Source: Podarcis vaucheri (Eukaryota). From it: a DNA stretch of 64,000 bases. The position numbers and the translations under genes are program-made. This document shows positions 39,329 to 51,436 of the stretch, piece after piece. Below the pieces are notes generated by a model. The model was given only the letters and a program-made list of their open reading frames with translations. It ran no database searches and was not told the origin of the DNA. How positions within the stretch are numbered: position 1 is the stretch's first letter; each line of letters starts with the position of its first letter. Location of the stretch: assembly GCA_965113315.1 (NCBI GenBank), contig OZ220373.1; one strand, 5' to 3'.

Positions 39329-39423
39329 CTAGAATGTGTATATGTGTGTGTACACAAGCAAATGTGTGAATGTGTCATGAAGGTGCCTTGCACTTCAAAG
39401 GAAGTGAATCGTTTCTGCAATGG

Positions 39424-39478
39424 CACACCCTCCAACATTTCTCCAATGAAAATAAGGACGTCCTATTCCATAAAAAGC

Positions 39479-39537
<59 letters not shown>

Positions 39538-39837
39538 CCCCACCCATCTGACTGGGTTGCCCCAACCACTCTGGGTGGCTTCCAACATATATAAAAGCAT
39601 ATATTAAACAATAAAAAATTCCCTATACAGGGCTGCCTTCAGATGTCTTCTAAAGGTTGTATAGTTACTTATCTCCTTGGCTCAGGGGTTGCGTAACTCT
39701 ATACCCTCCAATATTTCTCCAATGAAAATAGGGATGTCCTAAGGGAAAGTGAGACATTCTGGAATCAAATAAGAAACTGGGATGGACTCTGTAAATCTGG
39801 GACTGTCCCTGGAAAATAGGGACATTTGGAGGGTTTG
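39424..39837 (-). mobile_element. Composite hAT-type MITE carrying a LINE-2 3' tail, copy 2
   Basis: Ends cacaccctccaa / ttggagggtttg; internal taccctccaatatttctccaatgaaaata duplicate; L2 tail with expanded (TAT)n at 39479-39534. Confidence 0.78.
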
Positions 39838-41094
39838 CAATAGGTTGGCCAACACTGCAAACTAAAATACTGCAAACATAGCATTAAAATAAATGATCAA
39901 GGAGACAATTAGTCATCAAATGTTCCAACATTCATTAGCATGTAGGACATGACCATTATCACTCACTACTATTGTGCGGTTATGATAATGCTAGTTAGGG
40001 TGCGGATATTTTTGAACACAGCCTCAGGATGCTATTATGATTCCGAGAAACAGGTGTGGATCCCCCCCCCAAAGCCCCATTTAAATCAAAGGGCTGGCAT
40101 ATTTCTTGTGTTCTAGCCACTCTGCTGCTTGCACTTCAGTGGTTTAATTTTGCTTCCCAGAACAGATTGCAGCCGCATGATGAATGGAGAGCAGCAAATC
40201 TCTGACCAGCAATGAGAGACAGGAAGAGCTTCATTTTCAGATTGCAGGAAGCACAGATGAGATACCCTTGTGAAAGCCTGTTCGAGTAGTGTTTATGGCT
40301 CAGCAAATGAAATATGTCTTTATAATACAGCAATAAAAACACTATTAGCACCAGCAGTGGAGAAGCTAGGCAAGAGTGCACTGCAATGCCAGTTTCATAG
40401 TTGTAATTTTGACACAAAAGAGTCAGTGTTGTACAGAAAGCTTTTATGTGACTGCAGCAAATATATACATGGTTATTGGAAAATGGTATATTGGATTTCT
40501 TAAGATATTCTGCTCTAGGGTTCAGAATTGTAATATACCGCCAAATTAGAGTTGGATTGTCCCCCTTAGTCTAAGAATATATCTGGGTCAAGAATATGCT
40601 CTTCTTTAAAGCAATCTTTGTGACACCAGTGGGTAGCTTGTGACCCTCAACACAAATTCAGACTGAGAAGGCTAAGCTGCCCCTGCTTGTTTGTAGTTGT
40701 GTTATCCCACTTTTCAGAGGTATTTCTGGAATTCACTCTTGAGTGATGGATCTATCAAATTCTTTTTGTTGTATTCAACAATGTTGTACTCAGAACACAC
40801 CCATTGAGATTAATAAACATGACTCAGGCCCATTAATTTACTCAGTTTATTCTGAGTAAAATTTAGTTGACTATCACCCTGTGATCTTGAAATCTTCTGA
40901 GCAGATTCTCTTAGGTCACTAACAGTGGGAGTCTAGGAGGTGTTACTGCATACTGCATATGTCCACTCTGCGGGTTGGATCAAGAGCTCCCATGAATGGA
41001 ACTCCAGTCATGGAATATTTCTGCTGTAGGAAGGAACTCTGTGCCTTGTGAAAATCTGGAAAGTTGGGTGACCCTCTGGAGCAGTGTGAGACAT

Positions 41095-41505
41095 GGAACT
41101 GGGGGCTCAGGACTGCTATAACTCAAGGACCACCTATCCCCATATAGACCAACCTGGACTCTGCAAACATCATCTGAGGCTCTTCCTCCTCTACAAGAGA
41201 TCTAGAGGGTGACAACACGAGATTGCAGCTTTTCGGCAGCTGCTCCCCATTTGTGGAATGCTCATCCCAGGGAAGTTCATCTGGCACCTTCACCATACGT
41301 CTTTAGGCATCAGGTGAAAACATTCATTTCGAACCAGGCCTTCAGCTGATTAATATTCTATGGCCTTTTAAATGTTTGTTGCAGCAGGGTTTTTGTTTTA
41401 TTATGTATTCTGTGTTTTCATTTTGTATTTTTATGTTGTGAACCATGCTTTGATCTTCAGCTAAAGGGCGGTATACAAATTGAATACATAAAAATAATAA
41501 AAATA
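41095..41505 (+). mobile_element. LINE-2 3' end
   Basis: LKDHLSPY and APHLWNA-like remnants, then aggtgaaaaca...ccaggcctt and tail gggcggtatacaaat...aataataa. Confidence 0.78.
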
Positions 41506-43493
41506 GCAGATTTTGAGGGAAGAATTCTGCAGGGGGGAATACAGGACTGGTGTGTCTGGATCCAACCGTTTAAGATCTTGCTTGGCTCTCAAAAAGAAAA
41601 AAAGGAAAAAGGGTAGCAACTATCTATATCAAGCAGAGATGACTGAGGATTTTATTCTGTCTGCATTTTTAAACAAACCAACTCGAGACACACTTTCCAG
41701 ACTAATATGCAGATCAGAACACAGCTACCTTTCAATTTTTGCATTTATCTGAATGTTAAAATACAGTTCTTGCCTCAAACATCTACTAAAATATACACTT
41801 TAGGGCTAAACCCTAAATACATATTTTAGGGTTATACAAAAAATGTGTATATTAGGTTACAAAAAGGTGTGTGTGTGTGCGTAAAAAAAAGTCAGATTGA
41901 TCTAAAACTGGAACAGAACAGGCTTGTGAATATGAACACATGGAAGACTGACACAGACTTGAAACAGACTAGCCTGTCTACTCCCAATAACAACTCCATT
42001 TCAAAAGACAGTTTCTGCCTTATTTTTCTTCCCAGGGTCTGGAATCTAATTCAGGAGCTACAATTTTTCACCCAAGGAAGTTGCGCACCCATCACATTTT
42101 CAAAAAAAGGAAATAAAAGTAGAAGCCATGAAAACTTTTAATAATTTAAAAGCCCTGTAAAAGCTTTCCATAGAAATTAACTTTTAGGACTTTTAGCATT
42201 TATATTCTCATAACAAGGGTGAATCGATTATTGAATGGTCGAATGCACACAATGCATATTGATCTGTTCATGTGTACCGGTTTTCTCCCAGCAGGCACCT
42301 GGTTGCCTGCAACATATTTTAAATAAGATTACTACTCATTAAATTACAATGACCCAGAGCAATGGTCAACAAAAGTGAAATTGCTTCAGTTCATCATGGC
42401 TTGGATCTCTGCCATAAGAATTTCACAGGCTGCCTTTCCCCAGAGTAAAGAGACCTGAGGAACATACATGGTTGAATGGCTCAACTGCTTGGATTCAATC
42501 AAGTAAACCTGAAAATTTAATACTCATATCTGAGGATGGAAAGAAGTTTCTGACTGTCATGTTAAGTTATTTGGAAACTTGGGGCTGAATTAAAAACTGA
42601 CAGTATTTAACTAAGAGACTGCTGCACATAAATGTGTTGGTTTCTCCCTCACCAGAGTTTGATTACAGATACAGCTGGCTTGATTGTTCATCACCTCAGT
42701 GTTGACCCTTCTCTTAAAGACTCCTTGGTGTGTAAGATAGAGAGATGGACAGAGCAAGATAATGGGATGCAGTTTGTTAATTTGTTGGGAATTGCAGCTC
42801 CCTGAGAGGTTTCCTAACAACTCTCAGCACCCTTAACAGATTACTGTCCCCAGGATTCTTAGTAGGAAATCCACGCCTGTGAAATCAGTATAAGAGTAGT
42901 CTAAGTGTTTGGTGTGGATGTGAGCTGAATGAGTGATCCTGTTGCATTTTAGTCAGGATTTTTCTTTGTCACTGTCTGTATTTTCCTCTTTATTTTAGAA
43001 TAACATTTCATTAAAAGATTTGTTCCTTTTTTAAAAAAAATCCCAGACATATCAGCATGCTTTCAATAATTGGTTTGAGCACAGTTTTACAAAGCCAGCT
43101 TCTTATGGTTTTATTGCCACTGGAATTTTATGGTGCTTATGATGTTTAGTAGGAACCTTGTTATGAATTTAATAATTTTAACCTTGGGAGCCTTACACTG
43201 AAGGGGAACCCTATATATAAGATACAGAGATACAAAGATGCAAATATATTAAGTTGTGCTGTAAGGCAGGAATTTGAGGTGGAAGCCCAGAACCTTACTC
43301 AACAAAATGAGCAGGCAGGTACTCATCAGGATTGGCTTTCCACCTTTTGAAATAAGAGAAGAAATAAAGTTACAATGGTTTTTTCTGGGGTGTTTGTGTT
43401 TGAGTCTGGATGATACACTGGGTCCTTTCCAGTTCATGAATCTAATATCTGTGGAGGTAGAAGGTATAACAGCAAGCTTGCCAAACCAGTTCC

Positions 43494-43853
43494 CAGGGGC
43501 GCCGACTTATAAAAAATATTGGGGGAGCCCATGAATAATAAATAATAAATGAAAGCTCATGAATAATAATTAAGCTCATGAATATGCAAATAAAGTGGTG
43601 CCGCCTCCTCGTGAGCGAATAGGGGAGAGCGTGCTGCGCCTATTAATCAGCTCCGAAGGAAATTGGGTGGAGCTTTTGCTCGGGAGGGAGGGCAGGAGGC
43701 ATGCAGCCCGACCCTGTGCATTTTGGGCTGGGGGAGGGGCGGCGATGGCGCTCTGCTGGAGGGGCGCTCGAGATTATTGGGGGGCAGAGCCCCCCCAAAC
43801 AAATTTTTGAGGGGGCTCGGGCCCCCTCAGGCCCCATGGAGTCGGCGCCTATG
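43494..43853. mobile_element. Young GC-rich hAT MITE
   Basis: TIR caggggcgccgact / agtcggcgcctatg. Perfect 8-bp TSD ccagttcc (43486-43493 / 43854-43861). CpGs retained. Confidence 0.9.
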
Positions 43854-44128
43854 CCAGTTCCTTTGTTAAGGATTTGGCTGGCTAGTTACAGTAAGTACCA
43901 TAATTTAGCGTAACCAAAGAATGTGCCATAGAACAAATGGGTAGGCCTCTCCCCCACTCACCTTACCTAGCTACTACATAGGAGAACAATTTCAGAGTTG
44001 TGTGTGAGCTGAAATCTGGAGATGGAGACATGTCTTGGTATGTCCTTGATCCAAAGCTGTGACTTAATGGAGAAGCAAGTTCTTTTGAGGTGCAAATGTT
44101 ATGAGCCACTCTACTCAAGTTGTGTATA

Positions 44129-44370
44129 CAGTGGTACCTCGGGTTAAGTACTTAATTCGTTCCGGAGGTCTGTACTTAACCTGAAACTGTTCTTAACCTG
44201 AAGCACCACTTTAGCTAATCGGGCCTCCCGCTGCTGCTGCGCCACCGGAGCACGATTTCTGTTCTCATCCTGAAGCAAAGTTCTTAACCTGAAGCACTAT
44301 TTCTGGGTTAGCGGGGTCTGTAACCTGAAGCGTATGTAACCTGAAGCGTATGTAACCCGAGATACCACTG
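44129..44370. mobile_element. Tigger-like MITE
   Basis: TA TSD. TIR cagtggtacctcgggtta / taacccgagataccactg. Confidence 0.88.
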
Positions 44371-45208
44371 TATGTATAAATATATTCACGTTCCTAAAAA
44401 CACCACAGTTTCTCTTAACCTTCATTCTAAGGAAACCAAATTTTGAGAAAAGTTCAAGGAACCCAGGGAAAGTCTCACCACTTGGAAACTGAGGTGGCAT
44501 GTATCAATTCAGTACCATCTACAAAGAGGAGAACACATGCAACCATTAAGTCCATAAAATTGCACATCTACAGCACTGCATGAAAAACCAGTCAACAACA
44601 ACAAAAGGCAGGTGGGTTGAGTTCACATGATGGAGAACAGGGGAGGAAGTGGAGAAAGGTGTAGTTGCCTCTATTGCAGCTTTGGACGTGGATATGAGGA
44701 AACTCTCCTCCCAAACAGTACTCCCTCGGTGAACTCATCTGCCTGCACTATTCTGTGCTAGTTAGAGAAAATGGTGCACAGAAACAGCAAAAGGATGTTT
44801 TAAATCAGAAAGTATTACTAATGGGAATAAATGTGCCTTCTTTGCTCTCACTTCATCCTGACACTAAGTCCAGTGACTACAGATTTTCCATGGATGTGTG
44901 CAGCGCATGAAGAGATTGATCTAAACTGATATCACAGAGAACAGAATTGCCCCCCAAAGAAAATGTTAACAGCACAAAAGTGACAAGGTTGCTTTTTGTT
45001 CTTGCACAATGCTGTCTAGTTTTTGATGCCCTATTACCATTAAAAATGACTTTTGCTGGGTCAGGAAAAAAAGCCAGGGAAGAATAGCTTGAGTTCTATC
45101 ATGTTCACGCTAGGACAATCCTGTTGTAGAGTGAGCTCTTTTCTCTTATTTCAAAGAAGACAAACAAGGCTATAAGGTTTAAACAGGTTTCTGCACATAA
45201 GATGAGCA

Positions 45209-46203
45209 AACAGGTGCCAACCTCTTAGGGCTGAGGTGTCTTCAGCCCCTTCAATGTTGTTCAGCAGGGGGATCAGCCCACCCCCCGAAATTGAGATGGC
45301 AGAGGAGGTCAAGTGCTGGGCTAGGCCCAGTTTCTCCAACCAGTGTGTGCAGGGTGTGTAGCAGAGCTGCACCTTCTTCCCTATGATGTGGGCTGAACCA
45401 GGATCATCCCTACCCCTGCCGCCTCCTCCTCCTCCTTCCACTGCCACAGGGCTCTCGGCAGTAGTAACTGAAGCAGCCAACCCTTCCACGGCTGTGGAGC
45501 ACTGCTGTAGTGCTCCATTGCCACTGCTGTTTCCACCGCTGCTGCCACCAACAACGGCTGCTGTGACAGTTCCTGTTAGAATTCCTGATTTATGACTGCA
45601 GTCATGGGATTGTTGTCTATCACATGATGGTATATGTTTTGACTCCACAAAGTGGGAAGTGACAGAAACAGGATGTTTGTGTTACTGTGTTCTGTGAAGT
45701 GGGACTATTGTCCTTTGTTCTTTTTCTCTTTGCTGTCTGATGCTAGAGAGAGAGGGAGCCATGTTGCAGTGCTCCGTGTGTGTTTATATGTAAATAAAGT
45801 AGATTATCCAAAATGCTGAGTTGCTGAGGTCTGTCATGCAACTGCGCAAATTCTGTGGATCCCTAAGTGTGCCGGTGTCAGTTGGCATCGGTCGCTGTGA
45901 TGTTCGGGCTGAAGAAAGCTTATGAAGTTCCTGAACGATCAACCAGGAAGGAGAGAACATGCCAGTCGGGCATGTGTCTCTGCCAGGGTCCTACTCAAGT
46001 GTAGGCTGAACTCCTGACAGTTCCTACCCTGGGTACAGCAGCTTCAGCCATGTCATAGCCTGGACAGCAGCAGGCTCACCCAGTCCTCTACCAGACTTGG
46101 TGCGCTGGGCTTCTCCCTGGCATCGCACATTGTACATGTGACGTCACAGGTCTGACGTGACACTGAGCCCCCCCTCAGTGTTGGGCCAAAGCCAGTGCCT
46201 CTG
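45209..46203. mobile_element. hAT-type non-autonomous element interrupted by a solo LTR
   Basis: Ends aacaggtgccaac / gccagtgcctctg. 8-bp TSD gatgagca (45201-45208) / gatgacca (46204-46211). Confidence 0.7.
45574..46019 (+). mobile_element. Solo LTR (446 bp)
   Basis: TG...CA ends (tgttagaa / tcctgaca), perfect 5-bp TSD gttcc (45569-45573 / 46020-46024), internal AATAAA near 45793. Confidence 0.88.
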
Positions 46204-46377
46204 GATGACCAGCAATTAAACGCTACACACAGAAGCAAGCAAGCAAGGGCAACCTGAACCTGAACTCAGGAAAGGAAATCCACTCCCCCCAGCTCCCAGA
46301 TATCTTAACCCATTAGTAGCTTTTTATTCTCAAGAACATGGGTATTATTTAAAGGCTGTTTCCTATTCTAATATATG

Positions 46378-46783
46378 TAGGGATGGGCATAAGAAAGGGA
46401 GAGAAGTTAAGTTTGGTTCACATTTTAATACAAACCCACCGAATTCGCTTTTCCCAAGGGAAGCGAAACACAGCGATCCTTTGAAATTCACACGTCTCTG
46501 AAGGTTGCAGTAAAGTTCTCCTATGTTTTGCATACAACAATGCATACGCAAATGAAAATGATATGCAAAACTACATTGCATTAGGTGAGATTGCTTTCAA
46601 AAGAGCACACGTTGGGCAAAACTGAGTGCAAAATGGCACAACACAGGGGAAATTCATATGAAAACATACATTAATTTTTGTGCAGACTTTTGAAAAAGAA
46701 AAAATGTTCAAATTGATGTGGAAATTGAGTGAATTGAAGTTTGGAAAAAGGAGAAACAGAAACTGATATATTCATCCATCCCT
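46378..46783. mobile_element. TAGGGATGG-TIR family non-autonomous DNA transposon
   Basis: TIR tagggatgg / ccatcccta. Co-oriented homolog at 55563-55960. Confidence 0.75.
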
Positions 46784-46789
46784 AGGGAA

Positions 46790-47241
46790 GGAATACAGTT
46801 TTTGAGTCACCTTAAATTCTTGTATATGTTGATTCTGCATCCAGTGCAACACTTTCAAATCCTGAATAGCTGTTTCCTGCTTATTGGCCTGCTCATTCAT
46901 CTGGCTCCACCACCTATACCTACTTGATCTTTTCTTGTTCTCTGAAATCACTTTGCATTTCCTTGCTTGTTCCTCCCTTAGCCTGAGTCTCCCCAAATAC
47001 ATCCATTTCTTCCTTCAGATCCCTCTTCAGAATCCACCTTTTATGGAAAGCTTTGGAGCAGTCCCCTAGACTCAACACCCTAAGTAAGCTGAATTATATG
47101 CTTTTGAAAGAGCAGCATCGTCTTTCCTAGTTTACCCCTTTCTCATTTTCCCTTACTCTGTTTTTCAGACCGCAAGCCTTTTGGATACGGTACTAATCAA
47201 ACTTGTTCTCTGTAAAGTGCCATAGACAGAGATGACACAAT
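46790..47241 (+). mobile_element. Old LINE-2 3' fragment
   Basis: Degenerate L2 3' motifs (gcatccagtgcaa..., cagaccgcaagccttttgg..., tgtaaagtgccat). Confidence 0.45.
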
Positions 47242-47255
47242 AGAAAAAGGTGATG

Positions 47256-48422
47256 GGACAGAAACAAGAATTTGTTGGAAAGGAAAACACCGTGGTGGGT
47301 GTCACCAATTGATATGTTAACAGTTAAAAAACTGAACATAGAAGGGAGAGGGGCCACCTATGAGGAGATTCTGATGAAGGCCGAAAAAAGGTTGGAAATT
47401 GAAGCCTTATGATTGTATTGCTGGAAAATTGACAGGATGGTTGCAATACCTTCAAGTCAATGATGTTTTTAAAGAGGACAAAAAATTAGGATTTGAAGAC
47501 AAAAAATCGAAATTTCAAATAGACATTATAGAAAGTAAGTCTAAACTACTTTCAAAAATGTATAATCTCCTATTAGAATGGAATACAAAAGACGAACTTA
47601 TAAAAGAGGCTATGATAAAATGGGCTATTGATCTAGGACACAACATAGACTATGATGTATGGGCCAAACTCTGGAATGAGAGTATAAAATTCACTGCTTG
47701 TTCTGCCTTAAAAGAGAATGTTATGAAGATGGTCTATCATTGGTATCTTACTCCCACCAAATTGGCAAAAATGTACAGAACTAGTAATAAAACTTGCTGG
47801 AAATGCAAGGAAAAGGATGGCGACTTCTTTCATATGTGGTGGTCATGTAATAAATTAAAAGAGTTCTGGGAATCGATTTATAACGAGTTAAAAAAGATGT
47901 TTAAGTATAGCTTTCCCAAAAAGCCGGAAGAATTCTTGCTAGGTTTGGTGGGAGAAGATATTAAGAAGACTGATCAAAGATTATATTTGTACATAACAAC
48001 AGCAGCTAGAGTTCTGATAGCTCAAAAGTGGAAGCAAGAGGAGATGCCGACAATAGGAGAATGGCAGATAAAGCTGGTTGAATACGTTGAGATGGCTAAA
48101 TTGTCACACAGAATTCGCAATCAGGAGGAGACAAAGTACTAAAAAGAATGGTGTAAATTTTTGATCTATATAAGTGAGAACTGTACAAATTTGAAAACTT
48201 TGGCAGGATTGAAGTAAATCTTATGTCATGTTGTAATATCTAATAAAAGAAACTGTGAACTATAGAATAGAATAGGAAAACTGATGGAAGGGAAGGACGG
48301 AAGTCAATAGCTCTACGGAGCATAAAGTAGGATATATGTAATAAGATTTGATGTTTTACTGGTGTTGGTGGGTGTTGGTGGGTGATCTTAAATCTCAATA
48401 AAAATTATTTTTAAAAAAAGAA
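47256..48422 (+). mobile_element. 5'-truncated L1 LINE (ORF2 C-terminal third)
   Basis: ORF 47399-48142 with CWKCKEKDGDFFHMWWSC. Premature TAA where the sister copy has Q (YQKEW). 14-bp TSD agaaaaaggtgatg (47242-47255 / 48423-48436). Confidence 0.93.
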
Positions 48423-50096
48423 AGAAAAAGGTGATGCTTTTCACAATTGGCTAAGGAATTTAAAACTGTTAGACAATAGGTTGCAATTGTTTCAGAAATT
48501 GCTGGCTTCATTTAATCGTAGGTGAGAATCATTTGAAGAAGCAAGTGCGTACTTCATGATTTGGGCTGTATGCATTTTGCACAGTGACTGCTCTCTGTAA
48601 TTCCAAAATAGATTGTATGGGAAAGACCTTTGCTCTTTTTTTATCTGCTGATTGTGATACAGTATCACTGGGGGAAAGTGGAGGTAATTTTCTTCCTAGG
48701 GCTTAAAGCAGAAAGGAAAGGGGTGTAGTGGCCTATAGAGGTCCATATCATGTTTTACGTTAGGCCAACCATGCCAGAGTTTGGGAATAGTTCCAACTGA
48801 AGTTTACTTATGACTCACTTTTTCCATAGGCTAAAACTGGTCAGGCAGCTGCAAAAGATTCTTTGGTAGGTCTTACTCATGAAACTTGTCTGTACTAAAG
48901 GTGTTTCAAGAAAGCCAGACTTTGCCTTGAAAGCTTCTGGGTCCAGGAAGAATCTCACAAACTGCATGAGATGAACACATATACAAATACATAATTAATC
49001 TGGTTCCTAAAGATGGATTCTGATGTCCATGTCCCAAGGTTGTGTCATTCTGGTCAGTGGATGGAGACTACTGTACTTACAACTGCACTTGGTGTTTTCA
49101 AAATGCACAGTATTCAGTTACTTCTGTGGGAAGAAGAGTGAAATCCAACCACTCCCACCTGCAACAGTTGCATGGCATCATGGAAGCCAACAGGGATGAT
49201 TATTTGTTTTGATGGATTCTCATGTTATTAGTTATATTCCACTCTTCCTCTGACAACTCTGGACATTTTATATATGCATTCCAAGTGGTCTCCTATTCAA
49301 GTAGCTTATATACCAGATGCACTTCCAGAATTGAATCATATACCTCCAGAATATACTCTGGGCCCAAAAGGTTTTCCCTGCCATGACTATGCCTGGCTAT
49401 GGGAGCAAGAGCAAATTAAAATGTTACTGCATGGCTGCAGTTTTAAAACAAACAAATTTGCATTGTCAGAATTCCACAGCTGCAGTTATCCCTGAATTTG
49501 GTTTTGTGGCAAGGATGGGATTTCACACCTGCCTTGAGCCCTTGCCACTTGAGTGTGGGCCTCATATGATAGAAAATGAGATGCTTAAAGCACCCAGTGT
49601 CTTCCTCCCCCCTGAACTTTCTTTTGTCTCTAGCTCTTTGTCAACAAAGAGCTCTGCAGTTGATCCTCCTTTGCAGGTCCTGTCATTTATCTCTCCTCCA
49701 GAAGATCCAAAGTACATAGCAGGAGAGGAAGCCTGGCAATGGAGATATATCTATGTACTATCTTGTTCTCTTCCTTAGCTAGTTCTAAGGCTACATTGTC
49801 AAGGCATCCAGGACAGTGTTGTCTGCATCTTTGTGTAGACTGGGACACCATTGTTGGACTCCTGACAGGTTTCTGCATGGATTATGCCTGATGGAAAGTC
49901 TGAAACTGGCCAAAAACAAAAAACCACATGGTTAAGTGGGATGTTTAAACAAAAGATCAGGCCACCAGCAAGCCTATGAATTATAGAGCCCACTGCAGAT
50001 TATAAACTGTTGCCCAATGGCTGCTTGAAAAATCTGGAAGGGCCACAAATGGAATTGTACATCTGATACATGAGGCAAAATGACTAAGGGTTAAAC

Positions 50097-50213
50097 CAAC
50101 CTTTGCCAACCTGGTTCTCACTAGATGTTTTAGGCTACAACTCTCATCAGCCCTAGCCAGTCAATGATTTGTAGTTCAAAATATCTGGAGGCCACCATTT
50201 TGGCAAAGGGTTG
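50097..50213. mobile_element. Short hAT-type MITE
   Basis: TIR caacctttgccaa / ttggcaaagggttg; internal ctacaa / ttgtag inverted motif. Confidence 0.7.
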
Positions 50214-51084
50214 GGCTAAGACCTTTAACAGAGCCATTTTGGGGAAGGGTAGAATAATACCACAACACCATCAGTATCAAAGCTGAATTTTTCATGCATC
50301 AAGATGGGTTTGGGTGTCTCTAAGGCCGCTACACATTTTTCAGATGTAAAAGGACTTGATTTGTTTTTAAAAGCTGGCTCTATTATGATAGCTTGAAGGC
50401 TTTGTCTAAAACGAATATCCTTTATCTCAAGAGTTGTTTAAAGCTCTGGTTTTAATAAGTGCAATCAGTTAATCTAATTTCACCTTCTGCGCTTGTTGGC
50501 TGTTTTTTTCAGATTGTTTTTCTGTCTTTGTTTCAAAGAAGCCACCAGTTCTGAAAACAGGCCTTTAATGCACTGCTCCCTGTGTCTTTCTGTCTCTTCA
50601 TTTCTAGCAACAACTCTCCTTGAAGTACAAAGTAGTAATTGGGAAACGTTATAAGGCACTTTCAGATTCAGAGATGAAACATACTAAGCCCAAATGATTA
50701 ATGCTGCTTTTTAGATGTAAATGAGTTTAAAACAGCAAGACAAAAGGTGACTGTGTTAAGGAATGAAAATGTCACTTTCTTTTCCAGATATAATTTTTTA
50801 CATCACTATACACTAACATTTAGTTCCAGTTTTCAATCCCTGTGCAACTCAGATAATGCCAACTGTATACTTCTTCTTCTTCATTATTAAAAGCTAACAC
50901 TAAGGCTCTTACGTGAATGTGTGTAAGTTACAAATGTTAAAATATATGTTGGAAATGTATGTATTTTTAAAAGTGTTGCATAGCTTCAGCTTCAAGTACC
51001 AGCTGTCTTCAGATGATAGCTGAATATGGCAGTGAAAAGCAACTGGGAATGAAGTGCCCATATAATCACATAATGGCACATGAT

Positions 51085-51436
51085 TAAAGGTAAAGGGACC
51101 CCTAACCATTAGGTCCAGTCGTGGCCGACTCTGGGGTTGCAGCGCTCATCTCGCTTTATTGGCTGAGGGAGCTGGCATACAGTTTCTGGGTCATGTGGCC
51201 AGCATGACTAAGCCGCTTCTGGCGAACCAGAGCAGCGCACGGAAACGCCGTTTACCTTCCTGCCGGAGTGGTACCTATTTATCTACTTGCACTTTGACTT
51301 GCTTTCAAACTGCTAGGTTGGCAGGAGCTGGGACCGAGCAACGGGAGCTCACCCTGTTGCAGGGATTCAAACCGCCAACCTTCTGATTGGCAAGTCCTAG
51401 GCTCTGTGGTTTAACTCACAGTGCCACCCGCGTCCC
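51085..51436 (-). mobile_element. Sauria SINE (Squam1), full length
   Basis: Complete head to (aaaggt) tail. 14-bp TSD taatggcacatgat (51071-51084) / taatggcacacgat (51437-51450). Confidence 0.95.

Noticed and set aside
45151-45648. 165-aa Gly/Ala/Ser-rich ORF
   Set aside because: It spans a GC-rich hAT element and a solo LTR junction, is low complexity, and has no splice or homology support.
47399-48142. 247-aa ORF (and 196-aa ORF at 18775-19365) as cellular or domesticated genes
   Set aside because: Both are L1 ORF2 C-termini bounded by TSDs and A-rich tails, and this one has a premature stop.
50484-50625. Minus-strand open stretch RVVARNEETERHREQCIKGLFSELVASLKQRQK
   Set aside because: Poor donor (gtgaaa) and acceptor. 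The T-rich low-complexity composition explains the open frame.
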